64,000 bases of DNA, taken from assembly GCA_008632985.1 (NCBI GenBank), contig QPGO01000014.1, positions 496,001-560,000 on the forward strand. The letters are read 5' to 3'. Numbering within the stretch: the first letter of the stretch is position 1; each line of letters begins with the position of its first letter. The notes beneath the pieces are model-generated. The model had not been told where the DNA came from, ran no database searches, and saw only the letters and a program-made list of their open reading frames with translations. The position numbers and the translations under genes are program-made. Shown piece by piece: positions 13,733 through 26,856 of this stretch. This stretch comes from Psammoneis japonica (taxonomy: Eukaryota).

Positions 13733-14508
13733 GTTGCAACTGGGTGGATGTTGGAACCAGCTGGAATCAGAGTGTGGGCTTGAAACAACTTGAAACTTGA
13801 CTTGAATCTTGACTTGATGTCTTGAACTGTCTCAAGAGTCAGAAGCCGCCGGGCTGTGATGTCCCGTTCGTAGTTGAAAGCCAAGCTTCCCATCCGGTCC
13901 GTAGAGTTGTGCCGGCACGTCTGAACCTGCAGCTGGCGCGATGCTTTGAAAAAGCTGGCTGGAGGTGGACAAGACCTCCGAACTGTTCTCATTTTATGTC
14001 GGTTGGATGACCCGATCAGGCCGGCCAAATTTGGCGCTGTGGAGGGATGAACAAATGTGGGAAATGCACCCTCGCCCCAACGCGGGCTGCAGTCACGAAC
14101 TGCTTCCTCTCACAGTTGTCCTCGTGGACCTTGTGGGACTGTGGAGGACCAGCAATTCAGCGCAGATGCAAGGTGGTGGACTTGGCGTGTGTGGAGCAGA
14201 GCCAGAGTCAGGGGTTCATGTCGTGTGCACGTGGGCGCGAGCGGATGGATTGGCAGGATCCGCTGTGAGGAATCCGGAATCTCGGATGTGTGAGAATTCG
14301 GGAATTCCTGGTCAAACAAATGTCCATTGAATGAATGCATCCAACAATGGGAGGCATTGGACAAATCCAAATGTGTGGATTTAATCCAGTGTCCAGCAGT
14401 GAAGAAGGCAGACACAGTGCTTCCACCGCCAATGGCGCGCATCGTCGAAAAATTTCCCGATGATGATGATGAATGCCCAATGGACAACAAAGAGCAAGGC
14501 TGTCAATC

Positions 14509-14750
14509 TGACAGAAAATGAAGATGACTGGGTGGAAAAAACAATGACTCCTTGCTGCTGTCTAAAAAGCAGATGAGTCTCCGTGCAGAGACCGTCACAG
14601 GAGCCGAAAGACTGGTGTCATGATGTCGGCACTGCTGTCATCATTCTTGTGAGCCTGTGGCTCGAAAGCAAACTGCATCGTGCGATGCGCACGGAACTAA
14701 GAGCACACACAATTATGTGTGACAACTAAAATCTTGTTCAAATCCTGTCA
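14509..14750 (-). repeat. 5' LTR of Copia element (242 bp)
   Basis: Direct repeat of 10144-10384. Confidence 0.95.
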
Positions 14751-15370
14751 GACACATCCAGTTCATGCAGCAGCCTCAAAATGACAGTCGCCAAAAGAGA
14801 GCCCTTCTCACAATCATTCTTTGCGTGCCGCTCTTGAGTTGGTTCATTGTCGACACTGCCGGGATCAATGCGACGATGATGCACTGCCGATTTGCATTGC
14901 AGTGCCAACGATGATGAATGTGATGTGTGAGGAGGAGGAGGAGTCTTGGGCGTTGTCGTCTTGCTTCCGGCGCGTTGTGCGAAGCCTGCATCCCACGCGG
15001 GAAAACCGTAGAAAGATTGCCACGTAGACTCTGGTACAGATTCCGTTTTCGCGAGGTTATCGTACGAAAATGGGTCAGTGCACAGGGAAAAAGTGATAAA
15101 ATGAAATGTGCAGGGCTTAATTGACATTTTTAGTGAGAGACAATGACCTGGGTCTGAATCCTGTACTGTAGTCTACATACTCAACTTACGGTAGCTAGTA
15201 GAATAGGGCCTAAGTGTATTAGTTCATCTCGATGACTCATTGAATGACTGAATGACCAAAGCTAGAGAGTCGCAAGCATCAAGCACTCACTTCTTGCTCT
15301 TCGCGATGAAGGTCTTACTGTACGAACGATGAGAGCAACGAAAACGACGTCAAACAGCAGAAAGCTTAAA

Positions 15371-18300
15371 ATGCGACGCCTATCTTGCGCTATATTCACT
15401 GCATGTTGGACGCTCATGTCTCTTTTGCCATGCGCCCATGCAGGATGGTCAAAGAGCATGAGCAAAAAGGACAAAATCATGCTTGACCAAGTCATGCAAG
15501 GCCGAATCGAGCTGCCGACCGACATGAAGTTTTTCGTCAAATATTTGAACCGAAAGGGTTTGAAATTTGCCAAAAGACAAGCTCGAGGAAAGACCCTGGA
15601 GCAGCATCTTAAGGAACAAATGGTTGTGGCTTTGCATCCGCGCACTAGGAAAGCGTTGAAGAGATTGACAAAGAACGAAAACATTGCGTACGTCGAGCCG
15701 GTCCATAAAGTACGTGCAATGCCCTTTCAGAGAACCAAGAATGCAGAGGTAGGCAGAGGAAGACGACAGCTTGCAGAATCTATTGCTTGCGGAGTGAAAA
15801 TGGTTCAGGCATCGGAGCTGTGGAGCATTCCACCAGTAGCGAAGACCAAAATATGCATTGTCGATAGTGGATATGGGTTGGGTCACCCTGATTTGCCTGA
15901 TAACGTAACTGGAACATCAACAAGGACTGGGCTTTGGTACGAGGACTCGTACGCACATGGCACCCATATATCGGGGATCATTGGCGCAAAAGGCGATAAC
16001 AACTTGGGCGTCGTAGGTGTGATTAAGGACCCAAGTAGATACGTTGACTTTCACATTGCAAAGTCTCTGGACGGCAAGGGGAAGGAAATGAAGCAGATTT
16101 AACGGACGCATTTGAAGGATGCATCAAAGCCGGTGCCAAAGTCATAAGCATGAGTTTGGGTGTTGAAGATCACAGCGAAACCTTCAATGCGATTCTGAAG
16201 GATGCATACGATAATGGTGCATTGATCATCTCATCTGCCGGAAACGGCGGAAACTTGGCCTACTCATATCCTGCATCCTACCCGTACGTCATGTCGGTAG
16301 CAGCTGTTGACAAGGACATGAACGTGGCTGGGTTCTCGCAATTTAACGACCAAGTCGAAATCGCAGCTCCAGGAGTTGACATAGTCTCCTCGGAACGCTG
16401 AACAGTGGGAGAGCTTTTGGACATGACAGTTGGAGTGGTACATCAATGGCGGCTCCTTTTGTTTCGGGGATTGCTGCGGTTTTATTCTCACACTTCCCGG
16501 GATGCTCGAATCATCAGATAAGGGCTGTTCTCATTCGAACGGCATTAAACGAGGATCTCGTTGAGTGCAGTGACGATTTCGGGTTTGGCGTTGTACAAGC
16601 CAAGGCGGCATATGACTTGTTGAAAAAGGATGGATGCATTGCCGGTGATGTCTCTCCGAGGCCGCTATCCGACGGTGCGTACGGAGGATGCGATCAAGAT
16701 CCAAATTATGTTCCACCGCCTACAGGCGCACCAACCGCATTCGCCTGCGGAGACATTGTTTTTCGACTCGAGCTCACAACGGACGAATGGGGTGAAGAAA
16801 CATCCTGGACAGTTAAGAAATCCAATGGCTATGTTGTTGGCTCAGGGAGCGGTTACCGCAGCTCTACATCTTACACTGAAAATCTATGCCTTTCTCCTGA
16901 CGCGTACACATTCACTATTCGAGATTTGGAGAGTGATGGAATATGTTGTACGTACGGTGGAGGATCATATTCCATAACTTGGGATGGCATATTGATTCAA
17001 TCAGGGGGGCGTTTTACGGACTTGGAAGAGATTTCGTTTGGTGAATCGCTCAGCTTGGGACTAAGGTATCTCTAGAAGGCGCACCCTCTCTATCGAAAAC
17101 AGGCTGCGAAGACGATGCCAGCTGGCAGTACAACACCAAAAAGGGGGGGAAGAAAAAATGCAAGCACTTAAATGCAAATCCATCTGCTAGATGCAAGTTG
17201 TTGGGGCGGAACCAAACGGGGCAGTTGACGTCTGGCTACGATTCTTGTCCGCTTTCATGTGGTGCTTGTCCAAGTCTACCGGATGAGAAATCATCATCAT
17301 CAAGCCCATCAACACCAGCACCAACGCCTTTGCCATCCTTTCTTCCTGCAACGCTACCTCCCACCAGATATCCGACGTTTTCACCAACTTTGAACCCAAG
17401 TGAGTATCCAACACGCGCACCTTCGCTTTTACCTACAGGGCCGCCTACAAACCAACCGACGGAACATCCGACAACTACGTCAACAGTTCGACCTTCTCAA
17501 AAACCCACATTGAGTCCAACGAATACCCACATTCTTCCCTCACCTCTTCACCTACTCTGCAACCGATAAGAACGTCGGATGTAGATCTGTCGCCGCCTCC
17601 TCCGCATCTAAATGTGAGTGTCCTCCAGACTCTTCGAGGGATCGACATGAACAGTAGATTTGGTGTGTGCGTTGAGTTCTCTGGAGATGGAAGCACCATG
17701 GCTGCAGGGGCCATCAACAAAAACACCGTCATAACATGTCGATGGGATGGCAATCAGTGGAATCTTTTCGGACAAGTACTTCGTGGAAGTGGAAGTTTCG
17801 GTGGTCGAGTAGGGCTGAACGAGGACGGCACAATCCTGGTTGTCGGTGCGAGAAGTAACAATGATGGCGGCTACCAAGCTGGACAAGTCCAGACATTTAG
17901 AATCAACTCAGATGATAGGTGGGTTTCTCATGGACAGCCAATTCCTGGTAGATCAGATGTTGATCACTTTGGTTGGGATGTGGCCATCTCAGATGACGGA
18001 CGGACAATCGCCGCTGCTTCCTTATTCCGTGGTGATCTATCGCGACAAAAAGTGGATGCCGGTTATGTTCGAGTGTTTACATGGGCTGGCAATAAATGGG
18101 TGCAACTAGGATATGATATCGAAGGTGATGTTGCTCATATTTGGCTTGGTCGAGCCATCGCATTCGATTCAGCTGGACGTAGAATTGCCGTCGGGGTTGC
18201 GAAAGGTGGAGATGGTGCAGGAAGTGTAAGGACTTTCGACTGCGTAAATGGTGCCTGGCGCACTGTAGGACAGGCGCTCATTGGAGACGCTTCTCATGAT

Positions 18301-19556
18301 TCTCAAGGTACAAGTGTCGCCCTTTCTGGGGATGGCTCTATTCTTGCCATTGGTGCCGATGGCAATGACACAGGCATGGTCCGAGTGTACAAACTTTCGG
18401 GAGGCTTGTGGACCCTACGAGGACAAACTATTTTAGTTAGAGATGGTGGGGGAAGTTTGGGGGGTGGTCACCGGGGTTTGTCAGGTGACGGGAATGATGG
18501 TGGTGGAAGTTTGGGGTATGGTCACCTGGGTTTGTCAGACGACGGGAATCTTCTTGCTGCAGGAGCACAAAATCTAGGCAACAAAAGGGGCGAAGCCTAT
18601 CTTTTTCAATACGATAATGTCGCTAATCGATGGGAGCAGATCGCAAAATTCGCCGGAGATCGTGATGGTGGCACTTTTGGACATTCAGTGGCGTTATCCG
18701 GCAACGGTTCTTTCTTCGCAGTCGGAGCTCCTGACGACGGTACCGGTTACATTCGTGTCTTCTATGTGGATTCGTCAAATCCTACAAATCAGACCAAAAA
18801 TTTATCTTTCGTTCAGGTTACAAAAGCGCCAGCTGCTCCTATCGCAGTTTGCCGAACTGACATTTCTGATCGGATGTGCAAAATGGCTTGCACCGAGAAA
18901 GCGCATTCCCGTATAGAAAAGAAGCGCCGAATGGAGATAGCATAATGTGCTGCTCTGGTAAAGAAGCCTGCATGAAAGAAAATCTTCGAGGAACAGGCAA
19001 GACGCTTAATGCGAGAAGTTTTGACTATCTCTGTTGTCAAGGTGAGAAAGCTTGCGCTGAATCGTTAATAGAGCTGCCTCGAATCGGTGCGGTGTGCACC
19101 GGATACAAAGCATGTTTGCAATCAAGATTTACAAAAGATGACGAGAATCAGACAAGTGAAAACATTGGGATAACCTGCCTGGGAACCGAGGCATGTAAAA
19201 TCACCGATTTTGAGGGTGCGGGGCCCGTCGACTTGTGTTGTGCTGGTCAAAAAGCCTGCGAAAAGGTCTGGGATGGAAAACAAGTTCAAGGGCTCGACCG
19301 ACATAAAGAACGAACGGAGAGGCTGGGTCCCGAGAATGGTAGTCGGGTACAGTGCTCGCCATTCGACCGGAGGAGTGGAGTGTGTTACGAGAGTCGCTTT
19401 GCCGAAGCAGGTGGGTCGGTGGAAGTTTGTTGCACGGGAATGTCTTGCGGGAATCTTTGCAATGAGGATGGATGTAGGTGCAAGCCATACTCCGACAATG
19501 CATCAGTTGCATGTAGTGATGGTTCCAGTGCCTTGATTTGTGGACTTGGCTATTGA
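15371..19556 (+). CDS. Secreted subtilisin-like protease (S8), copy 2, full length: signal peptide, prodomain, D/H/S triad, propeller, Cys-rich tail. Five apparent -1 frameshifts.
   Basis: MRRLSCAIFTACWTLMSLLPCAHAG signal; ICIVDSGY (Asp), HGTHISG (His), AGN, GTSMAAP (Ser). Frame breaks at ~16081, ~16390, ~17060, ~17530, ~18899. Confidence 0.85.
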
Positions 19557-20524
19557 TCAGTCAGCATTCTTTTTAAACTCGCGGGACAAGAAGCCAATGT
19601 CGTAAAAGCAATGAGATGACCAGCACATGGTGGGGAATGGTGTCACTCGATCACTTTTTGCTTTTTATTGAAATAAACATGGTGCATTGTCAATTGTAAT
19701 AACAAAATATGTTTTTCTTTGATGCTTATTCCCAACCCATTGACGTTCATTCAATGCTGCTGTTCAGTCACAAATGTGAGGACTGCCACCACCTGACTAA
19801 ATTCGGGATCAAGCGTGCATGGCAGTTAGTAGAATTGGTGGGGTTGGGCCACAGAATTAGAACATCAACAAGCCACTGAGACACTCTGGGCTGAGCATCA
19901 AATCATGGTTGGTGTGTGAGACCGACCACTCTGCAACAAGCAAGCTGAGGGTGTTTCTTGCCATGATGCCAGTGTGTTTTGCATCACACCTTCAGGGCAA
20001 GCAATGGTCAGTGCAAGTTTTTTTTTTAGCACAGCCATGCAGCACAGCTTGGGGGGGGGGGTCCAGGGCTCTTTCTGGCCAGCCATGCAGATGGAAGCAT
20101 GCTTTTCTCCTTCTTGCTTGTCATGTCTCTGCATCCTGTCATGCTGTGGCAGGCTCTTGGGTGGGTTTCCCCTTTTGTGGCTTGCCTCTTTTCTCACCAC
20201 TGAGTGCACCAGCAGCACTTTTTCTTCCCAACCTGTGTGAGTCAGTTGGGTCAAAAAGACACCTCAGGTTTTGTGCTTTCTCCTGTCAAAGCACACCATT
20301 TGCTTTCTCTCTGCTTGTTTTTCCAGGAGGCCTCAGGACAGCTCATCTTGGACCATGATGTGGCAGTGACTCATGCCACCCCCACATGCACAGGAAAAAA
20401 GTTTTGCACTGCAGCAAATCTTGTTGTTTTTCTTCTTTGGACTTTCAAAAAAGCAAGCAAAACAATTCAATCAGGGGAAAAGTTTCATGAATGTGAAAAA
20501 GATGCTTTTTAGCAAATTGCCAAG

Positions 20525-22240
20525 CTCAATTTCGGTTGCACCTCCAGATGCCAGCCACACAATGCCCAGAGCCTTTGCATCAAATGCAGGGTGTGAAGAA
20601 GACAGTGTCAACTGGGTGTGACAAGAAGCAAGGGAAGAAAAAATGCAAAATGTCCCATGGCTTTTCCACTCAAAAGATGTTCAAAGATTGGGGCTGATGA
20701 GACTGACAGAAAGACTTCTGGCTCTGAATTTTGTCCCCACAGAGATGGCATCACTCTGACTGTGATTGTTGAGAACCAGGTGCTTCCAAGCCCATCAACT
20801 CTGGCACCTGCACCTTTGCTTGCACCCCTTCCTCCAGCCGTGACCACAGCAAATCCAACACAGGCAGCAGCAGCCCAACCTTCATTGAAACCCACACCTT
20901 GGGTCAATCTCATTTCCTGGCTCCAGCACCCACCCATTCATCCACAGCCAATGGTGATGCCAATGGCAAATCCAGTGAGCACTCAAATGTCATCTCCATC
21001 CCCAACAGCAGCATTTGCCCTGCAGCCAAGGTTGTCTCACCAAGCATCAATGTTCCTGTGGAAACATGAAAAAGCAGCCAATGTGGTTTGTGCAGTGTGG
21101 TGTGTGCACTGGAGAGAGTGGATCTTCTCATCCTGGCAAAGTTGTCAATGGCAAAAGCTTTCTTTGTCACACAGGAATTGTGGCTTGTGCAGCAGAAGAA
21201 ACCTCTCTGGGCTCTGGCAAGTTGCTGTGATTGCTTGTGTTGTCAGGGTGTGAGTGCACGCAAGTGATCCTTGACTGAGTTGCCAAGCATGAGAGCTTGT
21301 TGTGCAACAGTGTTTGGGCCTGTTCACAAGCAGACTTTGTGAAAAATGACAAAGCTCTCCATGCTTGCATCAAAAAATGTCAGACTGCTGCGTGACATGA
21401 CACACAGCCCCTCCCCCCTTGACACGTGCTACACTGGCCAGACTCAGACCTGCCACAAGCTTGGAACTGGGAGAGAAACTCAGAGGTTGGGTCAAGGAAA
21501 AGGCAGTCTTTGTTGGGTGGGTGTCATGAGTCCTGAAGATGGCAGTGGGGGCAGAGGAGTGCAACAGAAGAATGGGCCATGTGCAGGGGTCATGAGTCCC
21601 AAGAAAAGGGTTTGCACCAATTTCTGGTGCAAAATTCGTGCAGAAAATTCATGTGGAATGTCTTGCATGTTGTGCTTTTCCTGTGCTTTGCAAACAAACT
21701 GGGTGGGTCATGACCTTGAGAAGTCACTTTGGCTTGCAAACACAGCCATGTCCATCCTTTGGCAAAACTTGTCCATCATTGGAAAATGTTTGCCATGGCA
21801 ATCAAGCAATGAAGTGTTGATCAAAATTCTGAAAATGGAATTTTGAAGTGTTTGTGCATGGAACAATGTCGCTTGTGCAAAAGTCATCTTGCAAAGTGTC
21901 AACAGCTTTGAGGGAAAGGATTTCTTGAGGCCTTGGCCAAGTGAGAAAAGCATGGCAGAAGCATGAAAAAAAACATCGGTGCTGTCATTTTATGATTTTT
22001 TCCATGCAAAACTTCTGCATGATTTTGGCACCAGTGCACATGGCTTGTTGAAGTTTGCAGTGGAGGTGTGCTTTTGCCCTTGCTGGCAGGCATGTTGAAG
22101 TGCATTGTGAAGGTCCACTGTGCTGCTTGCTTTGCAGTGGGCAGGGTTGCAGCTGTGCACCATGCCCCACCCCCACAAGTGTTCCATGAAATGACAACTT
22201 TGGTGCCTGCATGAGGAGCAGTGCAGAGCAATCTCCACCT
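20525..22240 (+). pseudogene. Hypermutated 3' fragment of a subtilase paralog lacking the beta-propeller
   Basis: Colinear with 31200-33390 (linker gagaaccag..ccaagcccatcaact; Cys-rich tgttgtcagggtgtgagtgc). Shared 3' flank runs to ~22650 vs ~33860. Confidence 0.75.
21575..22045. mobile_element. Putative MITE (~470 bp) inserted in the pseudogene fragment
   Basis: Absent from the paralog near 33210. Ends gccatgtgca / tgcacatggc, plus subterminal inverted repeat ctggtgcaaaattcgtgcagaa / ttctgcatgattttggcaccag. Flanked by TG on both sides (possibly a mutated TA TSD). Confidence 0.55.
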
Positions 22241-25200
22241 GACAGCCTGTCAATGCTCTGCCCAGTTTTGAACACAGCACCAGCAAAATTGTGAATCTTG
22301 TCTCATCTTCTTCAACAGATGTGTTGTTGACAGAAGGCTGCAAGATCTTTTGCCCCACATTGTGAGGTTGTCATGTTTGACAGAAGGGAGTTTGATTTGT
22401 GATTTGAGCTCCCCATGAGTGTCAAGCACCTTCGTTGTTGTGCAAACAGGTTTGGACATTGTTGCTTCTCCTCGATGTAAATTGCAAAAGTGGTGCTCAT
22501 CTGTTTTCTGTTGCTTGCTCTGGCACTTGCTCAAGATTGCCCATCTTGTTGATTTGTGTTGGACCAGGAAATTGTCATGCTCATGTGATGAGCAGCAGCA
22601 GCACAGAACTTGTGTCTTGTCCAATCACACAGTCACAAACTTGAACATTCCATGAAAGAACAGCAGTCGGCAACATGTTCCAAAGCCATGAAAAATTCAT
22701 CTAAAGCAAAAAGCTGCCTGAATGTGTCAGGTTGCAGAAATCACCTCAGGAGCTGGTGGGGACCTGTGTGCCAAAAAAACCATTGTGTTCTTCAACTGGG
22801 CAAATCTGAGCAATCTTGTTGTCTTCACTGCATGACTCCAAGCTGGCAAGATGCTCATGCAATCTGTCATCTAAAGATGTGATTTCCTGCATTTGTCCAC
22901 ACTCAACAACAGCTCCACAGGTGCCAGAGTCTTTTTTTTTTGCCGGGCATTTTGCAAACATGAACATTGGAGTTGGCTGTTCTGCAAAGAGGCAGCTGCA
23001 AAAAAAAAGGGACTCAGCAGCACTGGCGCAGCTGCACACTGCCCCAAGCATGACCCATCCTGGTGCAAAGAATTCCCACTTGGGACAGCACTGTCTTTGG
23101 CAGCAGCATGATGCCCACATTTTGCAGAGTGATTAAAAAAACATGGTCAGCCCATGGCAGCAATGGAGAAGGTGGTCTCAGCTTTTCATTGCAAAAAGTC
23201 AAGCTGTTTTTGTGCAGACGCGATGGGGTGCACTTTTGCTCCTTCTTGTTGACTCTTTGTCAGGGCTCAGGTGCTTGACCTGTGAGTGCCACAACAGCTT
23301 GTCATTGACTCTTTGTCAGGGCTCAGGTGTTTGACCTGTGAGTGCCACAACAGTTGTTGAAAACATTGTTTTGCCACAAGTTTTTAAGTTTTGCTCTGGT
23401 TGCAGGTTTTGGCACAACTCGTTTTGCACATTTCCTGTGCATGCACGGACAGACAGTGTTGGTGCATGGATGGTGCCTTGACTGTGGTCAGGCACTTGCA
23501 ATCGTTTGTTTTGGCATCACCCCAGACTGCTTCCTTTGCAAAAGCATGCTTTTGTCATGCTCACTTGCCACACATCTGTGCCATGTCACAACATGGCAGT
23601 CAAATGGTGTGGGCAGCACTCTCTCCTTTTGTGCACAGCTTGTTGCCTCCCTCCTCTTGCTCCTGAGAGCACTGGCAGTTCTCTTTTTTCCCCAACCTGT
23701 GCTTTCCTGCCAAAAGATGCCACATTCTTTTTCTCTGCCTGTTTTCTGGAGGCTTTGGCAATCAACTCACACTCTTCTCCCGGCACCCATGTTGGCATGG
23801 CTCACACCTCCACCCCACATCATGCCCAGTGCACCAAAAGAAGGAATTCATTTTGCACTGCAGCAGTTCTTGTCATGCTGCTCCATGTTTCGCTGCAAAT
23901 CATGTTGTTTCTCTTCTTTTGGCTCTAAAAAGTGCAGGGGGGCTTTGTCCAGCAGCTTTTCCAGTTTTGCCATGCAGAGGCCCAGGGGCACCCAGCTGCA
24001 CCACAGGTGGTGCACCAGCCAGCACCCAAGAAAGCATGCCCCACAAGCATGCCTTTGAGGGACATTCATGACCCACCACCTGTCAATTGAACTTGGGCAA
24101 CTCATCATCATGGCACCACCCATGGCAGATGCAATGTCTCATTGTGGACTGACCCATCAACCCATTTTGATTCTGATCCAGCAAAGTCATCAAAATGTCA
24201 TGAAAGAAGGAAAGAAACACACTTAAAATGAAAACAGTTGTGGTTGCATGTGTTCTGCAGCATCACAAGTGCCAATCAAAATGGTCAGATCTGAGGAAAC
24301 ATGAAAACTGTGTGGGTGACAATGATGATTTTTGAAGGTGACAATGACCTCTTGGGCTTGCATTGTTGTTGCTTCCTCACAGTCACTCATTGAATGACTG
24401 TCCTGTGATTGGCAATTGGCCGCTGCACTCTCCCTTGCTTCATTTCTCAGCAATGCAGGTCTTGTTGCTGTGTGGATGATGAGAGCAATGAAAATGCCAC
24501 CAAACAGCAGAAAGTTTAAAATGCAATGCCTGTCTTGTGCCACATTCATTGCAACTTGGTCTTTCTTCTTGCTTTTGCCATGAACCCATGCAGGATGGTC
24601 AAACAGCATGAGCAAAATTACAAAATCATGCTTGACCAAGTCATGCAGGGCCAAATCGAGCTGCCAACCAACATGAAGTTTTTTGTAAAACATTTGAACC
24701 AAAAGGGTTTGAGATTTGCCAAAAGACAAGCTTGAGGAAACAATGTTGAGCAGCATCTTAAGGAGCAAATGGCCACGCCTTTGTGCCCACATGCTGGGAA
24801 AGCATTGAAGAGATTGACAAAGAACAAATGCATTGTGCACATTGAGCCAGTCCATGAAGTGCATGCAGTGCCCTTCCAGAGAACCAAGAATGCAGAGGCA
24901 GGCAGAGAAAGATGACAGCTTGCAGAATCTGTTAAACAGTTGAGGCATCTGAGATGTGGAGTGTCCCACCAGTGGCAAAGACCAACATGTGCATTGTTGA
25001 CAGTGGTTGTGGATTGGGTCACCCTGATTCGCCCAATGACATGACTGGAACATTGACAACAAGGGCTGGGCTTTGGCACAAGGATTTTGTGCGCACATGG
25101 CACCCACACATCAGGGAGCATTGGATCAGCAGGAGACAACAACTTGGGTGTCATGTGTCATCAAGGGCCCAAGCAGATGCATTGAATTTCACATTGCAAA

Positions 25201-26358
25201 GTCCATGGAGGGCAAGGGAGAAGGAAACAAGGATGATCTAATGGATGCATTTGAAGGATGCATCAAAACTGGTGCCAAAGTCATGAGCATGAGTTTGGGT
25301 GTTGAAGATCACAGCAAGACCTTCAATGCAATTCTGAAGGATGCACATGATGATGGTGCTTTGATCATTTCATCTGCCAGAAATGGCAGAGACTCAGACC
25401 CGTCGCAGTCGTGATGAAGGGGTGCAATTCGGGGTGCAATTTTGGGGTGTAAAAACGCGCGCACCCCTCAAAAAAAATTACAGCCAACAATTGCCTGTCC
25501 TGAGGCATGCAATTTTTGCCTGTAATTTTTCGTAAGTGCCTGCAATTTTTCATGCAAAAACAGACTCATCGTCCATGATGGCAACAAACATCAGAGTGTC
25601 GAACAACAATGGCAACCAACAATCAACGACGAACTTCAACCAGCAAGAGATGCAAGAACTCGTTGATGGGGAACTGTTGTGACATGTTTGTGAAAGAAAC
25701 AATGGCAAAAAACGATGAGATTGCCATGACGGACAACAAAATGAAGGCAAGTTCATGCCACTTCAGAAGAAAAACACGTCATGCAGTTGCTGAAACCTTG
25801 GCCATGGATGCAACAGTGACACATGAGATGGCCGGGGTGGGGCTAGTTGGTCACACACGTTTGGGTTTGATGCAGCCGTGCAGCTGGCCACACCCTGCAG
25901 GAAAAGCTGTTGGTGGCGCGCGAGCAGAAGCAACAAAGCAAAGAACATGCATGAGGAGTCACAACATTGTAAAATGATGCGACAACAAGCAGTGAGAAGA
26001 AACCCAACTTGACCCATGAATGCAGTGCACAAATGTTGTCCAACAACTTCAATGGCTCTTGTCCCTGCTTGCAGATCAGCGAATGCCGCTCGCGTTGCTC
26101 GCCATGGTGTTGTTGGGCATTGTGTCGTGTTGTTTGTGTGCGTAGAACAACCTTTCTATTTATCCCACAGTGACTCTGTTTTGGCAACAGCAAATCTTTA
26201 GCAAATCTTTTGCTGCAATGAATCTGAAGACATTTTGAGAAGTGCTTCGGGGCGACCCTGTTCAGGACGTTAAATGGAAATCTTTTTTACTCAGATTCCA
26301 GAGTTCTTTCGGGGTGTTCTGTGCATGAGATTTTTGAATTGCTGTGTGCACGCATTGA

Positions 26359-26856
26359 CCCTTCAACCACCAGGGGAGCAAATCTCCACGGGTGGAGATT
26401 TGCTCCACTTGAGGATCTGTGATGTGTCATGCACTTTTGTGACAATGCAATGAACACAGCATAAAAATGTCACATCCTGTGGAATCTGCATGAAGCAAAC
26501 CACGTGCATTCACTCATTGGGAGCAAATCTCCACCGGTGGAGATTTGCTCCAAGGGTGTGGCATTGTTGCTCTGTTTGTGATGGCAATTCATGACAACCT
26601 GCATTGTCAAAGGTTGAGATTTAGCTCCTCTCTGTCCATGGATGAAGCTTGCAAAAAACCCGGTGTTAAAAGTCGACATTGAACTTTCTAAATTACAAAA
26701 AGGGTTCCCCCAGATTTTCGGTGAATGTGCGTTCCAAAACAAAATCGCACAAACAAAATGTTGTTCACATCTGAAATTACTCACTTTGCTGCATTTGTGA
26801 TGTAAGGGAGCAAATCTCCACCCGTGGAGATTTGCTCAAGTCTGGTGGTTGAAGGG
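26359..26856. mobile_element. piggyBac-type MITE (498 bp) nested in the 5-kb element
   Basis: 15-bp TIR CCCTTCAACCACCAG / CTGGTGGTTGAAGGG. Flanks TTGA (left) and TTAA (right). Three internal ~32-bp palindromes GGAGCAAATCTCCAC-NN-GTGGAGATTTGCTCC. Confidence 0.9.

Larger units (their letters stand above)
10144..14750 (-). mobile_element. Ty1/copia (CoDi-like) LTR retrotransposon with both LTRs and a 5-bp TSD; internally deleted
   Basis: TG...CA LTRs at 10144-10384 and 14509-14750. TSD GACAC at 10139-10143 and 14751-14755. Purine tract (ggggag on minus strand) next to the 3' LTR. Gag, protease (VDRGANGG), RT start (KIRVHLVCDVKHDG..KARLVADG) and RNase H (FGDNKSVV..NPADILSK). Confidence 0.95.

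Noticed and set aside
3525..15152. CCCAGGT ... ACCTGGG as termini of one large CACTA-like element
   Set aside because: Only 7 bp match, no TSD, and 3670-4400 is homologous to the ordinary 3' flank of copy 2.
23249..23353. 56-bp tandem duplication (and 37-bp duplication at ~62263-62337)
   Set aside because: Ordinary slippage duplications in decayed DNA.
26375..26837. Three palindromic 32-bp repeats as a CRISPR array
   Set aside because: Spacing is irregular (113 and ~256 bp), no cas genes, eukaryotic context; explained as MITE internal repeats.
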